A DNA stretch of 27,373 nucleotides from a virus (IMGVR_UViG_3300043112_000325:1-27373); one strand, 5' to 3'; counted from the first letter of the stretch, positions 7,994 through 17,345 are shown. A program made the numbers and translations. Notes: a model not told the origin generated them from the sequence alone.

Positions 7994-8449
7994 CTATGCG
8001 GTGAGGTTCTCGGTTTCGTCCGAGGCCAGGTAGGGCACGCCGTTGACGCGGATGAAGTCAGGGCTGGTCACGTCCATGGGTAGCTTGGTCACGTGCTTTT
8101 CCCCGCCCTTGGCGTCGATATCCAGCAGGCTGTCGATCTTCAGCGCGCAGCCGAAGGCCTCGACCTTCAGCTCTTCGCCGCTGCCGGAGTTGGCGTAGAA
8201 CACGCAGTCAAAGGGTTCGAGACTCCGGAAGCTCCCGGCGCGCTTGGCCGCTTCGGTGATGAGCTTCAGGCCGGTGGCGTCCACCTCGATCTCGCCCGAG
8301 GCTTCCACGTCTCCGAGGACCCGGCCGTTGGGAACGCCCCGGTCCTTGGCCACGCCGCTGTTGTCGGTGATGGACAGGGAGCGCTTTTCCACGTGGACGA
8401 GCATGTCCCCGATGTTCACGTCGAAACTTTTTCCGCTGATACGGTTCAT
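7994..8449 (-). CDS. Tail tube protein (HP1-type DUF2597-like)
   Basis: RISGKSFDV N terminus and VTSPDFIRVNGVPYL C terminus; follows the sheath gene. Confidence 0.9.
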   Translation of the reverse strand: MNRISGKSFDVNIGDMLVHVEKRSLSITDNSGVAKDRGVPNGRVLGDVEASGEIEVDATGLKLITEAAKRAGSFRSLEPFDCVFYANSGSGEELKVEAFGCALKIDSLLDIDAKGGEKHVTKLPMDVTSPDFIRVNGVPYLASDETENLTA

Positions 8450-8457
8450 GACGCCTC

Positions 8458-9573
8458 CTATTCAGCGTAGTTGGTCAGATCCAGCATGATGTTGCAGGTG
8501 ATTTCCTTGGGGCAGTTGTAGGGCCGCACCACCATGTAGATCTCCACCTTCACCTTGGTGACCCACTTGATGACGATGTCCCCCTCCCGGGGCGGTTCGA
8601 TCTCGCCGGGGAAGGTGATGCCGAGGATCTCCACGCTCTTGCTCATCTCGCGCAGCGGGCGCATGAAGTAGCTCTGGTGGAAGTTGATGGAGGCGGGGGT
8701 GGAATTGAGCTTGCGGTCGCCGATCTTGGCCACGGCCAGCGGGTAGACCTTGCGCATGGCCTTGTGGACCACGCGGAGATATTCGATCACCTGAAAGTCG
8801 CCGCCGGGCACGTCGAGCACGTTGCCGTCCCCGAAGTACACGCCGGGATAGTCCGGGTACCACTGCGGCACGGACCAGCGGGCCGCATCCAGGGCCTTGA
8901 GGATGGACATGTCCACTTCGCGGCCGTCCATGTCCACGGGGCGCTCGGAGCGAATGCCCACCACCGGGCCGGTCTGCACGCGCATGGGGGTGTCCGCGAT
9001 GGTCACGCCGTGGTTGCAGAGCCTGCCGCAGTATGCGCCCAGGTCGTCCGCCCAGATGGTGCCCACCGGGTTGACCTGATCGGCGGCGAGGCTGTTGAGC
9101 AGCGCGGCCGTCCGGGTCTGGAAGTCGCTCCAGGTTTCGGTGGCCGGGTCGATGGGGGCGCAGGTGGGGATGAAGATTACCGGGCGCATGTACTGGCCCA
9201 TGATCTCTTCGGCCTTGGCCTGCATCGCCTCGATGTCCGCCGCAGTCTCCACCGGGTCGGTCACGGTGATGGCCTCCACGGACATGCGCTCCATGACGTG
9301 GTCCACGGCCTCGGCCCAGGTGAGTACGCCGTCGAGGGGGAACACGCAGGCGTTCCAGTTCTGGCCGGCGTTCAGCTTGGCCGCCTGCACCTGCGCCTTC
9401 AGGGCGCTGTCCGCAGTGCCGAGCACCTCGTCCAGATCCGTGTCGGTGTTCACCGTGACCAGCGCGCCCTCGTTGGTGCCGGCACCGCGCCCCACGTAAA
9501 GGAAGAACCGTTCGACATCGGACAATTCTCCCTGCATCAAATTCAGTCTGTTGACCTGTACCTTGCCCAGCAT
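8458..9573 (-). CDS. Tail sheath protein (HP1-type DUF2586-like)
   Basis: GKVQVNRLNLMQG, SVPQWYPDYPGVY and CPKEITCNIMLDL motifs. Confidence 0.9.
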   Translation of the reverse strand: MLGKVQVNRLNLMQGELSDVERFFLYVGRGAGTNEGALVTVNTDTDLDEVLGTADSALKAQVQAAKLNAGQNWNACVFPLDGVLTWAEAVDHVMERMSVEAITVTDPVETAADIEAMQAKAEEIMGQYMRPVIFIPTCAPIDPATETWSDFQTRTAALLNSLAADQVNPVGTIWADDLGAYCGRLCNHGVTIADTPMRVQTGPVVGIRSERPVDMDGREVDMSILKALDAARWSVPQWYPDYPGVYFGDGNVLDVPGGDFQVIEYLRVVHKAMRKVYPLAVAKIGDRKLNSTPASINFHQSYFMRPLREMSKSVEILGITFPGEIEPPREGDIVIKWVTKVKVEIYMVVRPYNCPKEITCNIMLDLTNYAE

Positions 9574-9588
9574 GTGCGGACTCTCCTT

Positions 9589-10284
9589 TTATCGGTTGCG
9601 GATCTCGGAAATGGCCTGCCGGGCCAGTCCGGTGAGAAACGTGTCTTCGTCCCCGAGCCTCGGGCCGAGGAACGGGCGCGCCGGCGTGCGGATCTCCCAC
9701 GAGCGAGCGCCGCGCTTGCGGTTGGTGCGCATCAGCCGCAGGATCAGCCCGGCCTGCCCGCGCGAAAGGTTTTCGGTGATCCAGCGCAGGGACACGCGCA
9801 CCAGACGGCAGCCCTTGCCGCGCTTCTTCTTGACGCGCAGCCGGTAGCCCTCGGCCTTCAGGCTCTTGGCCTGCGCTCTGGTGGCGTTGGCCTTGTAGTC
9901 GGGCACGCCGTAGACCTTGCGGGCCTTGCCCCGGTTCCACGGCTCCGGAACGCCGCGCTGATGTCGGTCGGCAATTTTCGCGGTCAGGCCGTTTCGCCAG
10001 GTGACATCCGCGGCGGAGTTGCCGCGCATGAAAACGGTCATTTCCCGGCTGAGGCCGCGCAGCATCTTGCGCCGCACCCGGCTGTCCTTGCGTGCCTCCA
10101 TGGGCAGGCCGCGGGTGGTCTTCTGGCTGCGGATGTTGGCCCGGGCATCCTTCTGCACCTGTCTGACCATCCGCTTGACCACGTTGCGGCGCGTGCGACC
10201 GGGCATGGAGAGGACCTCCATCTGCTCGAACAGGCGCATGCGTCCGGCGTAGTCGGTGTCCATCCGCAGGGTGGCGTCAGGCAT
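9589..10284 (-). CDS. Virion morphogenesis / tail completion protein (gpS-like)
   Basis: Restarted at ATG 10284 (GGAGG upstream); very basic; C-terminal PARPFLG motif. Confidence 0.8.
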   Translation of the reverse strand: MPDATLRMDTDYAGRMRLFEQMEVLSMPGRTRRNVVKRMVRQVQKDARANIRSQKTTRGLPMEARKDSRVRRKMLRGLSREMTVFMRGNSAADVTWRNGLTAKIADRHQRGVPEPWNRGKARKVYGVPDYKANATRAQAKSLKAEGYRLRVKKKRGKGCRLVRVSLRWITENLSRGQAGLILRLMRTNRKRGARSWEIRTPARPFLGPRLGDEDTFLTGLARQAISEIRNR

Positions 10285-10729
10285 CGGTATCGCCCTCCAT
10301 GTTCGCCAGCTCCTCGGCCACGTCGATGGGCACGTCAGCCACCCGCCAGCGCCGCCCGTCAAAAGTGATCGGGCCGTCCGCGTAGGGCACCAACTGCAGC
10401 GCCTCCTCGAACTCCACGGCCAGCTCCACGTCGGCGGAGCGGTCGTCGTTGGGGGAAATATCCACGTCCGGCTCGGCGAGTCCCTGCCGTTCGCGCTCCG
10501 GGTCGTTGTCCTGCAGCCACGCGGTCACGAAGGCGAGCAGGAGGTACGCGTCGTCGGGGTAGCTCTCGATCTGGATCACGCCGTCGTATTTGAAGATGCC
10601 GACCTCGATGCCGTGTCCGAGGTCGCGCCCGGTGGGCAGCAGGGTTCCCTGGTCGGCAAAGGAGTGAACGGTGGCGTCCGCTGCGCCGGCATCAAGCAGG
10701 GCGGTGGTCAGGGCGCGGAGCTTTTTCAT
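10277..10729 (-). CDS. Tail completion protein (P2 gpR-like)
   Basis: MKKLRALT N terminus; LLLAFVTAWLQDNDPER; synteny after gpL. Confidence 0.82.
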   Translation of the reverse strand: MKKLRALTTALLDAGAADATVHSFADQGTLLPTGRDLGHGIEVGIFKYDGVIQIESYPDDAYLLLAFVTAWLQDNDPERERQGLAEPDVDISPNDDRSADVELAVEFEEALQLVPYADGPITFDGRRWRVADVPIDVAEELANMEGDTDA

Positions 10730-11181
10730 ATCAGCTCCACGGTCACCAGCGACTCGCCACGCAATGCGGCCACGGCCTGCTGGGCATACTCAAGGAAGGT
10801 GCCTTCGGTCTCTTCGCTCTCGCGGGCCTCGTTGCCGGCAGCGTCGCGGCGGTTGATGGTCGGGAACTGCTGCAGCAGGTAGGCCTTGGCGTAGCTGAAC
10901 ACCGCGCGGCGGTAATGCAGCAGGGGCAAGGGATCCCCGCCGAGCTGCGGCGCGTCCACGGCTTCCAGCGACACGGCGTCCGGGTGCGCGGAACGCCAGC
11001 CGACCAGCTGCTCGTTGGCCCAGGCCATGGCGATCTGCAGGCCGTCCACCAGCACGGGCTCCACATAGTCGCGCGGCATGCGGTAGCGCTCCTGAAAATC
11101 GGCCACGGCCATGTCCGGCCACCATCCGTCGTTGGAAACGATGGTGGTGGATGTCGCGTTGGATTTGCCGGTAAAGCTCAT
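10726..11181 (-). CDS. Head completion/stabilisation protein (P2 gpL-like)
   Basis: NDGWWPD and YRRAVFSYAKA motifs; C-terminal VTVELI. Confidence 0.9.
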   Translation of the reverse strand: MSFTGKSNATSTTIVSNDGWWPDMAVADFQERYRMPRDYVEPVLVDGLQIAMAWANEQLVGWRSAHPDAVSLEAVDAPQLGGDPLPLLHYRRAVFSYAKAYLLQQFPTINRRDAAGNEARESEETEGTFLEYAQQAVAALRGESLVTVELI

Positions 11182-11195
11182 GCAGGTCCCTTGTG

Positions 11196-11252
11196 GCTGA
11201 CCCTTTCGGCCCGGACCTCCGACGGTTCGCCGGGTCGGGCCGAAGGGTCAGC
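11196..11252. other. Long GC-rich intergenic stem-loop between small terminase and gpL
   Basis: GCTGACCCTTTCGGCCCG (11196-11213) pairs with CGGGCCGAAGGGTCAGC (11236-11252) with a single bulge; no U-tract. Confidence 0.6.
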
Positions 11253-11272
11253 GGCGGTTGTGAGGAGCGTCG

Positions 11273-11956
11273 TTATTCACCGCCGGCGTCTGTCGCCTTG
11301 CGGGCTTCAGCCAGCACGGTCTTGACCGGGGCGCCGAGTTCCAGCGCCGTCTCGAAGCAGACCACGGCGCTTTCGTGCCGCCCGGCGCGCATCTCCAGCA
11401 GGCCGGCCAGCCGGTAGTATTTGGCGGCGACCTTGTCGGGCAGGTCCCAGGGCTCGGCCGTGTTCATGCCGTCGATGAAGCCCAGCACGGTGGAAAAATA
11501 CGGTTCGGGCGTGCCCTGCTCGTTGTAGACCCCTTCGGCCCATTCGAGCACCGCGTCGGCGATGGTCGTGGGCACGTCGCGCCGGAAGCGCTCCGGCATG
11601 GGCAGGCCTTCGCGCACGCAGTGCAGGCCCAGGTCCAGCGCCTTCTCGATGTCCCCGGCGTCGAACTGCCAGAGCATCATGTACGGCAGCAGGTCGTGGT
11701 GCAGCCCTTCCTCGCGCAGCCGGTCCACGTATCCCTCGTATTGCGGGATGAGGACCTCGCGCTTGCGCTGGATCTTCGTGGACACCGCCTTGATCTCGCT
11801 CAGTTTGCGCAGGTCCTCGGAGAGCGAGGCGTCCAGCAGGGCGGTGAGCTGCTTGCCGGCCACGAGGCCGCGTCCGCCGCGTCCCGGTGTCGCAGGCATG
11901 GCCGCAGCTTCTGCTTCTGCGCTGAAATTCTTCTGGTAATTTCTCATCAGGCTCAT
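11273..11956 (-). CDS. Terminase small/endonuclease subunit (P2 gpM-like)
   Basis: MMLWQFDAGDIEKALDL and LPMPERFRRD motifs; lies after the capsid gene. Confidence 0.9.
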   Translation of the reverse strand: MSLMRNYQKNFSAEAEAAAMPATPGRGGRGLVAGKQLTALLDASLSEDLRKLSEIKAVSTKIQRKREVLIPQYEGYVDRLREEGLHHDLLPYMMLWQFDAGDIEKALDLGLHCVREGLPMPERFRRDVPTTIADAVLEWAEGVYNEQGTPEPYFSTVLGFIDGMNTAEPWDLPDKVAAKYYRLAGLLEMRAGRHESAVVCFETALELGAPVKTVLAEARKATDAGGE

Positions 11957-11983
11957 GGTTGCTCCTCATGGGTTGCCCGAGGC

Positions 11984-12012
11984 GGCGGGGGGTGGCTCCG
12001 GTGCCCCCCGCC
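11984..12012. other. Stem-loop downstream of the major capsid gene
   Basis: GGCGGGGGG (11984-11992) pairs with CCCCCCGCC (12004-12012); no U-tract. Confidence 0.5.
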
Positions 12013-12027
12013 AATCTCAGGAGGGGA

Positions 12028-13071
12028 TTATTCCCAGGCGGTTCCGTCGGCGCTCGGGAGTTTGACGTTGTCGAACTCCAGCGCGACGAGCTGCTCCGGG
12101 GTCTCGACCACGTAGCCTTCGTTGCGGGAGTTGTAGTCCTCCACGCGGTCCTTCTTGGGGGCGTCCTCCACCTTGCGGCGCCAGGAGCCCTCCTGCACGT
12201 AGATGGAAAGGTTGCTCAGGGGCGTCACCACCAGACCGCGGCCGGGGAAATTGGAGGGGGTCATCCAGGGCTGGCCGCCCATGAGAGACATGGACTGCGT
12301 GGCGAGCACCTTTTCGGAAGGCGTGCCGCCGATGGCCTTGTAAAGCCCGGCGTGCTCCGCGGAGACGAGCTCGTCGCCCACCAGCACCATGAGATTCTTG
12401 CGCAGGTACTTGGGGATGCCCTGCAGCAGGTCGGACACGGCGTGGTCCAGGTTGAGGAAGTCGCCGTCCTTGCCGATGCGGATCTCGCCGGGAGCAAGGG
12501 CGCCCTGCGTCAGGATGTTCGCGGGCCGCTTCTCGCGCATGTACTGCATCCAGCCCTTGTTCACGTCCTGCAGCAGCGGGTTGGCGGTCAGGTCGGTGGT
12601 CGCGGCGGCGGAGACGCCGTGCCAGCCCACGAGCTCGCGGTCGCTGGCGATGCGCTCCTGTACGTAGCGGACGTAGCGCTCGGCGAAGTCCTTGAATTTG
12701 GCCCACACGTCCAGCGTGTTGTAGCGGATGTAGACGTCGCTGTTGGTCTGGTGCAGCTCGTAGGTGTGCTTGTCCAGTCCCAGCACGTCGCGCGGGGTGC
12801 GCTCCGCGCCGTCCACGGAGGTGTCGATGCGGCCGGAGACCGGTCCGCTGGCACCGGCGAGGACGTTCTCGCCGATCATCTCCGACACGGTGACCACGTT
12901 GATCAGCTGCAGAAATTCGGACTTCTCCACGATGGCGTCCTGCAGACGCTGCTCGGCGGAGGGAGTCACGGAAAAGCCTTTGACGACCTTCTCCGAGGGC
13001 ACTCCGTACCCCTGCGCCAACAGGGAGAAGAGATGTTCGAGCTTGGCTTCGGTGTTCGGGCTCATGGGCAT
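12028..13071 (-). CDS. Major capsid protein, P2 family (gpN-like)
   Basis: NPLLQDVNKGWMQ and NLSIYVQEGSWRR...RNEGYVVE motifs. Confidence 0.96.
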   Translation of the reverse strand: MPMSPNTEAKLEHLFSLLAQGYGVPSEKVVKGFSVTPSAEQRLQDAIVEKSEFLQLINVVTVSEMIGENVLAGASGPVSGRIDTSVDGAERTPRDVLGLDKHTYELHQTNSDVYIRYNTLDVWAKFKDFAERYVRYVQERIASDRELVGWHGVSAAATTDLTANPLLQDVNKGWMQYMREKRPANILTQGALAPGEIRIGKDGDFLNLDHAVSDLLQGIPKYLRKNLMVLVGDELVSAEHAGLYKAIGGTPSEKVLATQSMSLMGGQPWMTPSNFPGRGLVVTPLSNLSIYVQEGSWRRKVEDAPKKDRVEDYNSRNEGYVVETPEQLVALEFDNVKLPSADGTAWE

Positions 13072-13084
13072 GGGCTGGGTCCTC

Positions 13085-13978
13085 CTAGACGAGCCCCGCG
13101 TCGCCGGCGGGATTGGTGGTTTCCGGAGCGGGGGTGCCGGGGGCTGCTTGTTCGAGGCGCTGGGTCAGCGCGGCGAACTGCGTCTGGAGATTCTCGGTCA
13201 TCTCCTTCACCTGATCCTGAAGCGCCTTCACGCCGTCGTCCTCGGCGGGCTGTCCGGTAAACTCGGTGCCCGGCGTGCTCTTCTCGGCTTCCGGAGCAGG
13301 GGCCGGGACCGGGCCCTTGGCCAGCGCGTCCACCTTGTCTTCCAGCTCCTTGAAGCGCTGATCCTGAGCATCGAGCTTGTCCGTGAGCTGCTTGAACTGT
13401 TTTGCGTCCATACTTTCCTCGTTGGAGTTTGCCCCCTGCTCGTCGGGAGCATTGCGGGGAATATTGATACCGAGCCGCTCCATGGCTCTGGTGAACCAGC
13501 TGGGCGGTTGATCGTCCGGGGTGAGCGCGTCAGGCGAGTCCAGCTCCACGCCGCAGGCGATGAAGTTGTCCGGGCTCTGTTTGCGCGCGGAGAACATGAG
13601 TTCATGGGTGCCGAGGCTGGCGGGCTGGTCGGTGACGGCGAGCCCCACGAGGTAGCACCTGCCGGATTCGGCAAAGTCGGGGGCCAGCTCCATGGAGGTG
13701 AAGAGCTTCTGTCCGTGCCGGTGGTATTCCAGCAGGGCCTCGTTGGGCTGCAGCTTCGCGTAGAGGCTGACGATGTCACCGTCCTTCTCGGTCTTGAGCG
13801 CGGCGACTTTCCCCATGCTGCCCAGGAAGCGGTAGTGATCCACCCACAGGACCGCGGTATAGGTCTCGGTGTTGTAGGTCTCGGCGGCATCCTCAAGCCA
13901 GGACGGCTCGATGCGGCGGCCGTCCATCGTGGGACCGCTCTGGCCTACCTTGACCCAATCGGTGATGTAATTCTTCAT
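13085..13978 (-). CDS. Capsid scaffolding protein/protease (P2 gpO-like)
   Basis: Restarted at ATG 13978; SGPTMDGRRI and YLVGLAVTDQPASLGT motifs. Confidence 0.93.
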   Translation of the reverse strand: MKNYITDWVKVGQSGPTMDGRRIEPSWLEDAAETYNTETYTAVLWVDHYRFLGSMGKVAALKTEKDGDIVSLYAKLQPNEALLEYHRHGQKLFTSMELAPDFAESGRCYLVGLAVTDQPASLGTHELMFSARKQSPDNFIACGVELDSPDALTPDDQPPSWFTRAMERLGINIPRNAPDEQGANSNEESMDAKQFKQLTDKLDAQDQRFKELEDKVDALAKGPVPAPAPEAEKSTPGTEFTGQPAEDDGVKALQDQVKEMTENLQTQFAALTQRLEQAAPGTPAPETTNPAGDAGLV

Positions 13979-14061
13979 GGCGAAACGTTGACCTGCCTGA
14001 TGATGGTGTTGGTAACGGTCAAACGGTACGCCACGGCTGAAACCGGGAGCAATGAAACGGG

Positions 14062-14084
14062 TTCCGATTCCTGCAAAATCGGAA
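14062..14084. promoter_or_regulatory. Dyad in the divergent late-promoter region, candidate Ogr-like activator site
   Basis: Perfect TTCCGATT-N7-AATCGGAA inverted repeat between gpO and gpP. Confidence 0.5.
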
Positions 14085-14128
14085 TCCACGAGGGCGCATA
14101 CAGCCTTGCGGCAATGTATTGATACGGC

Positions 14129-15895
14129 ATGAGCCAGTATCCACAGGAGATTATTGCGGCCGCAAAGTCTCTCTACCTCAGACGCTACAAGGTGCGAGAG
14201 ATCGCCGAGACCATGAGCGTGCCCAGGCGCACGGTCTACCAGTGGAAAACCGTCGGCAACTGGGATGACATGCTCGCGCAGGAGTCACTGCTGGATGCGG
14301 TGAGCCGGCGCTATACGCTGCTGGCCGAACGCGAGGACAAGACCGCTCTGGAACTCAGGGAGATGGAGCGGCTGTTCAACCACTGGGAGCGCTGCCGCAG
14401 GCTGGAGATCAGCGCCAACAGACAGAAGGAGGAATCCGAGGGGCGCGAGAAGGCCCCGCTGGTGGGCGGCCGCAACAAGCGGCCCAGGAAGAAGCGCGGC
14501 AAGATCGTCAAGAACGACGTCGCCCACCTCACCGAAGAGGACTTCCGCGAGAAGCTCCACAAGGACTATTTCGAGTATCAGCACGAGCTCAGACGCAACA
14601 AGCACCACCGCACGCGCAACATTCTCAAGGCCCGCCAGATCGGGGCCACGTGGTACTTCGCGCAGGAGGCCTTCGAGGACGCCGTCCTCACCGGTGACAA
14701 CCAGATTTTCCTGTCGGCAACCCGCAGGCAGGCCGACGTCTTCCGCGCCTATATTGTCCAGATAGCCAAGGAAAAGTTCGACATCGAGCTCAAGGGCAAG
14801 GACGAGATCGTGCTGAACACGAAGCACGGTCAGGCCACCCTGTACTTCCTATCCAACAACTCCAAGTCGGCCCAGTCCTACCACGGGCACGTCTACATTG
14901 ATGAATACTTCTGGATCCAGAAGTTCAACGAGCTCTACAAGGTGGCCACCGGCATGGCCGCTCACAAGAAATGGCGGCGCACGCTCTTCTCCACGCCCTC
15001 AGCCGTCACGCACGAGGCGTACGACCTCTGGACCGGGGATCGCTTCAACAAACGCTTCAAGAAGAAGCGCAAGGAGTTCCCCGGCTTCGCGCAGATGCAG
15101 GAGGGTGTGCTTTGCCCGGACGAGACCTGGCGCAAGATCATTACCCTTGAGGATGCGGAAAAGGGCGGCTGCGACCTGTTCGACATCAAGGGCCTCAAGC
15201 TGGAGTACGATCCGGACGAGTTCCGGAACCTGTTCATGTGCGAGTTCGTGGACGACTTGCAGGCCGTCTTCCGGCTCGGCGCGCTGGAGAGCTGTTATGC
15301 GGACCCGGAAGACTGGACCGACTTCGCCGCCGAGCTGGACCGTCCGTTCGGGAACATGCCGGTCTGGGGCGGATACGATCCCAGCCGCAACCGCGATGAC
15401 GCCTCGTTCGTCATTCTCGCGCCGCCGCTGGTGGAGGGCGGCGAGTTCCGCGTGCTGGCCCGTTTCAAGTGGGTGGATAAGTCCTACACGTGGCAGGCCA
15501 ACCGCATCAAGAAGCTCACGGAACAGTTCAACTTCGTGCATATCGGCATCGACACCACCGGGCCGGGCATCGGGGTGTTTGAGAGCGTGCAGAGCTTTTT
15601 CCCGACGGCCATGCCCATCCACTACAGCGTCCAGTCCAAGGCCCAGCTGGTGCTGAAGGCCAAGGACGTCATCGACGGCGGCCGGCTGAAGTGGGACGCC
15701 AGCGAAACCGACATCGCCCACGCCTTCCTGACCATCCGGCAGGGCACCACCAGCAACGGCACGATCACCTATTCCGCGGGCAGGACCGAGGCCACCGGCC
15801 ACGCAGACGTGGCCTGGGCAATCATGCACGCTCTCATGAACGAGCCGCTCAATGCGGCCAACAAGTCGAAGGCGACCGTCGCCTTTGCAGACTAG
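14129..15895 (+). CDS. Terminase large (ATPase) subunit (P2 gpP-like)
   Basis: N-terminal HTH; LKARQIGATWYFA Walker A region; YIDEYFW Walker B; GYDPS and GHADVAWA nuclease motifs. Confidence 0.96.
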   Translation: MSQYPQEIIAAAKSLYLRRYKVREIAETMSVPRRTVYQWKTVGNWDDMLAQESLLDAVSRRYTLLAEREDKTALELREMERLFNHWERCRRLEISANRQKEESEGREKAPLVGGRNKRPRKKRGKIVKNDVAHLTEEDFREKLHKDYFEYQHELRRNKHHRTRNILKARQIGATWYFAQEAFEDAVLTGDNQIFLSATRRQADVFRAYIVQIAKEKFDIELKGKDEIVLNTKHGQATLYFLSNNSKSAQSYHGHVYIDEYFWIQKFNELYKVATGMAAHKKWRRTLFSTPSAVTHEAYDLWTGDRFNKRFKKKRKEFPGFAQMQEGVLCPDETWRKIITLEDAEKGGCDLFDIKGLKLEYDPDEFRNLFMCEFVDDLQAVFRLGALESCYADPEDWTDFAAELDRPFGNMPVWGGYDPSRNRDDASFVILAPPLVEGGEFRVLARFKWVDKSYTWQANRIKKLTEQFNFVHIGIDTTGPGIGVFESVQSFFPTAMPIHYSVQSKAQLVLKAKDVIDGGRLKWDASETDIAHAFLTIRQGTTSNGTITYSAGRTEATGHADVAWAIMHALMNEPLNAANKSKATVAFAD

Positions 15896-15906
15896 GAAGG
15901 ATCACC

Positions 15907-16887
15907 ATGAGCGATGAACTGATATTTTCCTTCGGCGATCCCGAGCCGGTACTGGACGGGATGATCTATGACAGCCTCGGCGTCTGGCTGCTGGACAACG
16001 GGCGCTATTACGACACGCCGGTGCCGTTCAAGGGGCTTGCCCGGCTCCTTCGGGCCAACGCCTACCACGGCCCGGCAATCGAGTTCAAAGTCCTGCAGGT
16101 CATGCGCGGCTTCAAGAGCTCTCCGGCGCTCTCGCGCAGGGATATGCACGCGGGCGCAACCGACTTCATGGTGTTCGCCAACGCCTACTATCAGATGGTG
16201 CGGAACTGGCTGGGCGAAGTGGTCCAGCTGCGGCACCTGCCCGCCATCAACATGCGGCGCATGAAAAAGCCGGACACGTTTTGCATGTTGCAGCTCACCG
16301 GCGAGATAACCGAGTTCGAACCGGGCGAGGTCCTGCACCTGCACAACTATGACGTGAGCCAGAGCGTCTACGGCCTGCCGGGTTATCTGGGCGCCATGCA
16401 GTCCATGCTGCTCAATGAGGACGCCACGTTGTTCAGGCGCAAGTATTACAAGAACGGGGCGCACATGGGCTACGTCTTTTATGCGGGCGGCAATCTGGAC
16501 AAGGACGTGCAGGACGAGATCACGGAGCGAATCAAGAGCACCAAGGGCGTCGGCAACTTCCGGTCCATGTTTCTCCATATCCCCAACGGTAAGGAAAAGG
16601 ACGTGCAGATCCTGCCGGTGGGTGACTTCTCCACCAAGGACGATCTGGAGAAGATAAAGAACCTCTCGCGGGACGACATCATCGCGGCCCACCGGATCCC
16701 GCCGGCGATGGCCTGCCTCATCCCTGAGAATAACGGCGGCTTCGGCGACATCACCAAGATCGACGAGGTGTATCAGCGAAACGAGATCCGCCCGGTTCAG
16801 GACCTGCTGGCGGAGGGTGTGAACGAGATCCTGCCCGGCCGGGGCAGGGTCCGGTTTGACCCGGAAAATGAAACAAGTCCAATGTGA
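15907..16887 (+). CDS. Portal protein (PBSX family, P2 gpQ-like)
   Basis: Restarted at ATG 15907; FSFGDPEPV, LLNEDATLFRRKYYKNGAHMG and GGFGD motifs. Confidence 0.95.
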   Translation: MSDELIFSFGDPEPVLDGMIYDSLGVWLLDNGRYYDTPVPFKGLARLLRANAYHGPAIEFKVLQVMRGFKSSPALSRRDMHAGATDFMVFANAYYQMVRNWLGEVVQLRHLPAINMRRMKKPDTFCMLQLTGEITEFEPGEVLHLHNYDVSQSVYGLPGYLGAMQSMLLNEDATLFRRKYYKNGAHMGYVFYAGGNLDKDVQDEITERIKSTKGVGNFRSMFLHIPNGKEKDVQILPVGDFSTKDDLEKIKNLSRDDIIAAHRIPPAMACLIPENNGGFGDITKIDEVYQRNEIRPVQDLLAEGVNEILPGRGRVRFDPENETSPM

Positions 16888-16908
16888 TCGACAAGCGAGG
16901 TGATCACC

Positions 16909-17163
16909 ATGGCGTTTCGAGTGCAATGCAAGTGCGGCAGGAAGGCGAGGATCTGCAGCTCAAAAGAAGTGGGCGGAGAGTTGAAACAGGCCTACTGCCA
17001 ATGCACGGATCCGACCTGCGGACACACCTTTGTCATAAACATCGAGTTTTCCCACACCCTCTCACCCAGCGCGCTGGACTTCCCCGACGACATGCGCCGC
17101 CGGATCCGCGAGACTGCGCCTGCGGAGCAGGCGAGTTTGTTTGGACGCGAGGTGACTGGGTGA
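16909..17163 (+). CDS. ogr: Ogr/Delta-like zinc-finger late transcription activator
   Basis: CxC...YCQCTDPTCGHTFV...FSHTLSPSA; GAGGTG RBS before ATG 16909. Confidence 0.9.
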   Translation: MAFRVQCKCGRKARICSSKEVGGELKQAYCQCTDPTCGHTFVINIEFSHTLSPSALDFPDDMRRRIRETAPAEQASLFGREVTG

Positions 17164-17201
17164 AAAAAGAGCCCCGGCCACCCAAAGGGAGCCGGGGCTT
17201 T
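17164..17201. terminator. Stem-loop/intrinsic terminator after ogr
   Basis: AGCCCCGGC/GCCGGGGCT stem with an A-run on the left (U-tract for the minus strand) and only a short T-run on the right. Confidence 0.55.
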
Positions 17202-17212
17202 CGCTGGAAGAC

Positions 17213-17288
17213 GGAGTAGGCAGGGGCGAGACACCGCCCCTACTGGATCGGTGCTGGCACACCGAACCACGACCGAGGCCGCTACTCC
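17213..17288 (+). ncRNA. Candidate structured RNA (C4/P4-CI-like branched fold) in the methyltransferase leader
   Basis: Closing stem GGAGTAG/CTACTCC; hairpins AGGGGCG/CGCCCCT and TGGATCGGTG/CACCGAACCA; unpaired CCGAGGC segment before the closing strand. Confidence 0.5.
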
Positions 17289-17345
17289 TCCCCCAAAAGG
17301 GGTGGGGCAACCTAGCCGCCTCGAAAAGCGTTGTAAAGGTGCAAC

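Noticed and set aside
1931-14122. Long plus-strand ORFs (1931-3679, 4131-5786, 8677-10368, 11959-13260, 12764-14122)
   Set aside because: Antisense shadows of well-supported structural genes; expected in GC-rich coding DNA, with no recognisable motifs.
17213-17288. tRNA interpretation of the 76-nt branched structure
   Set aside because: Only two internal arms, with no TTC T-loop, D-loop GG or anticodon arm geometry.
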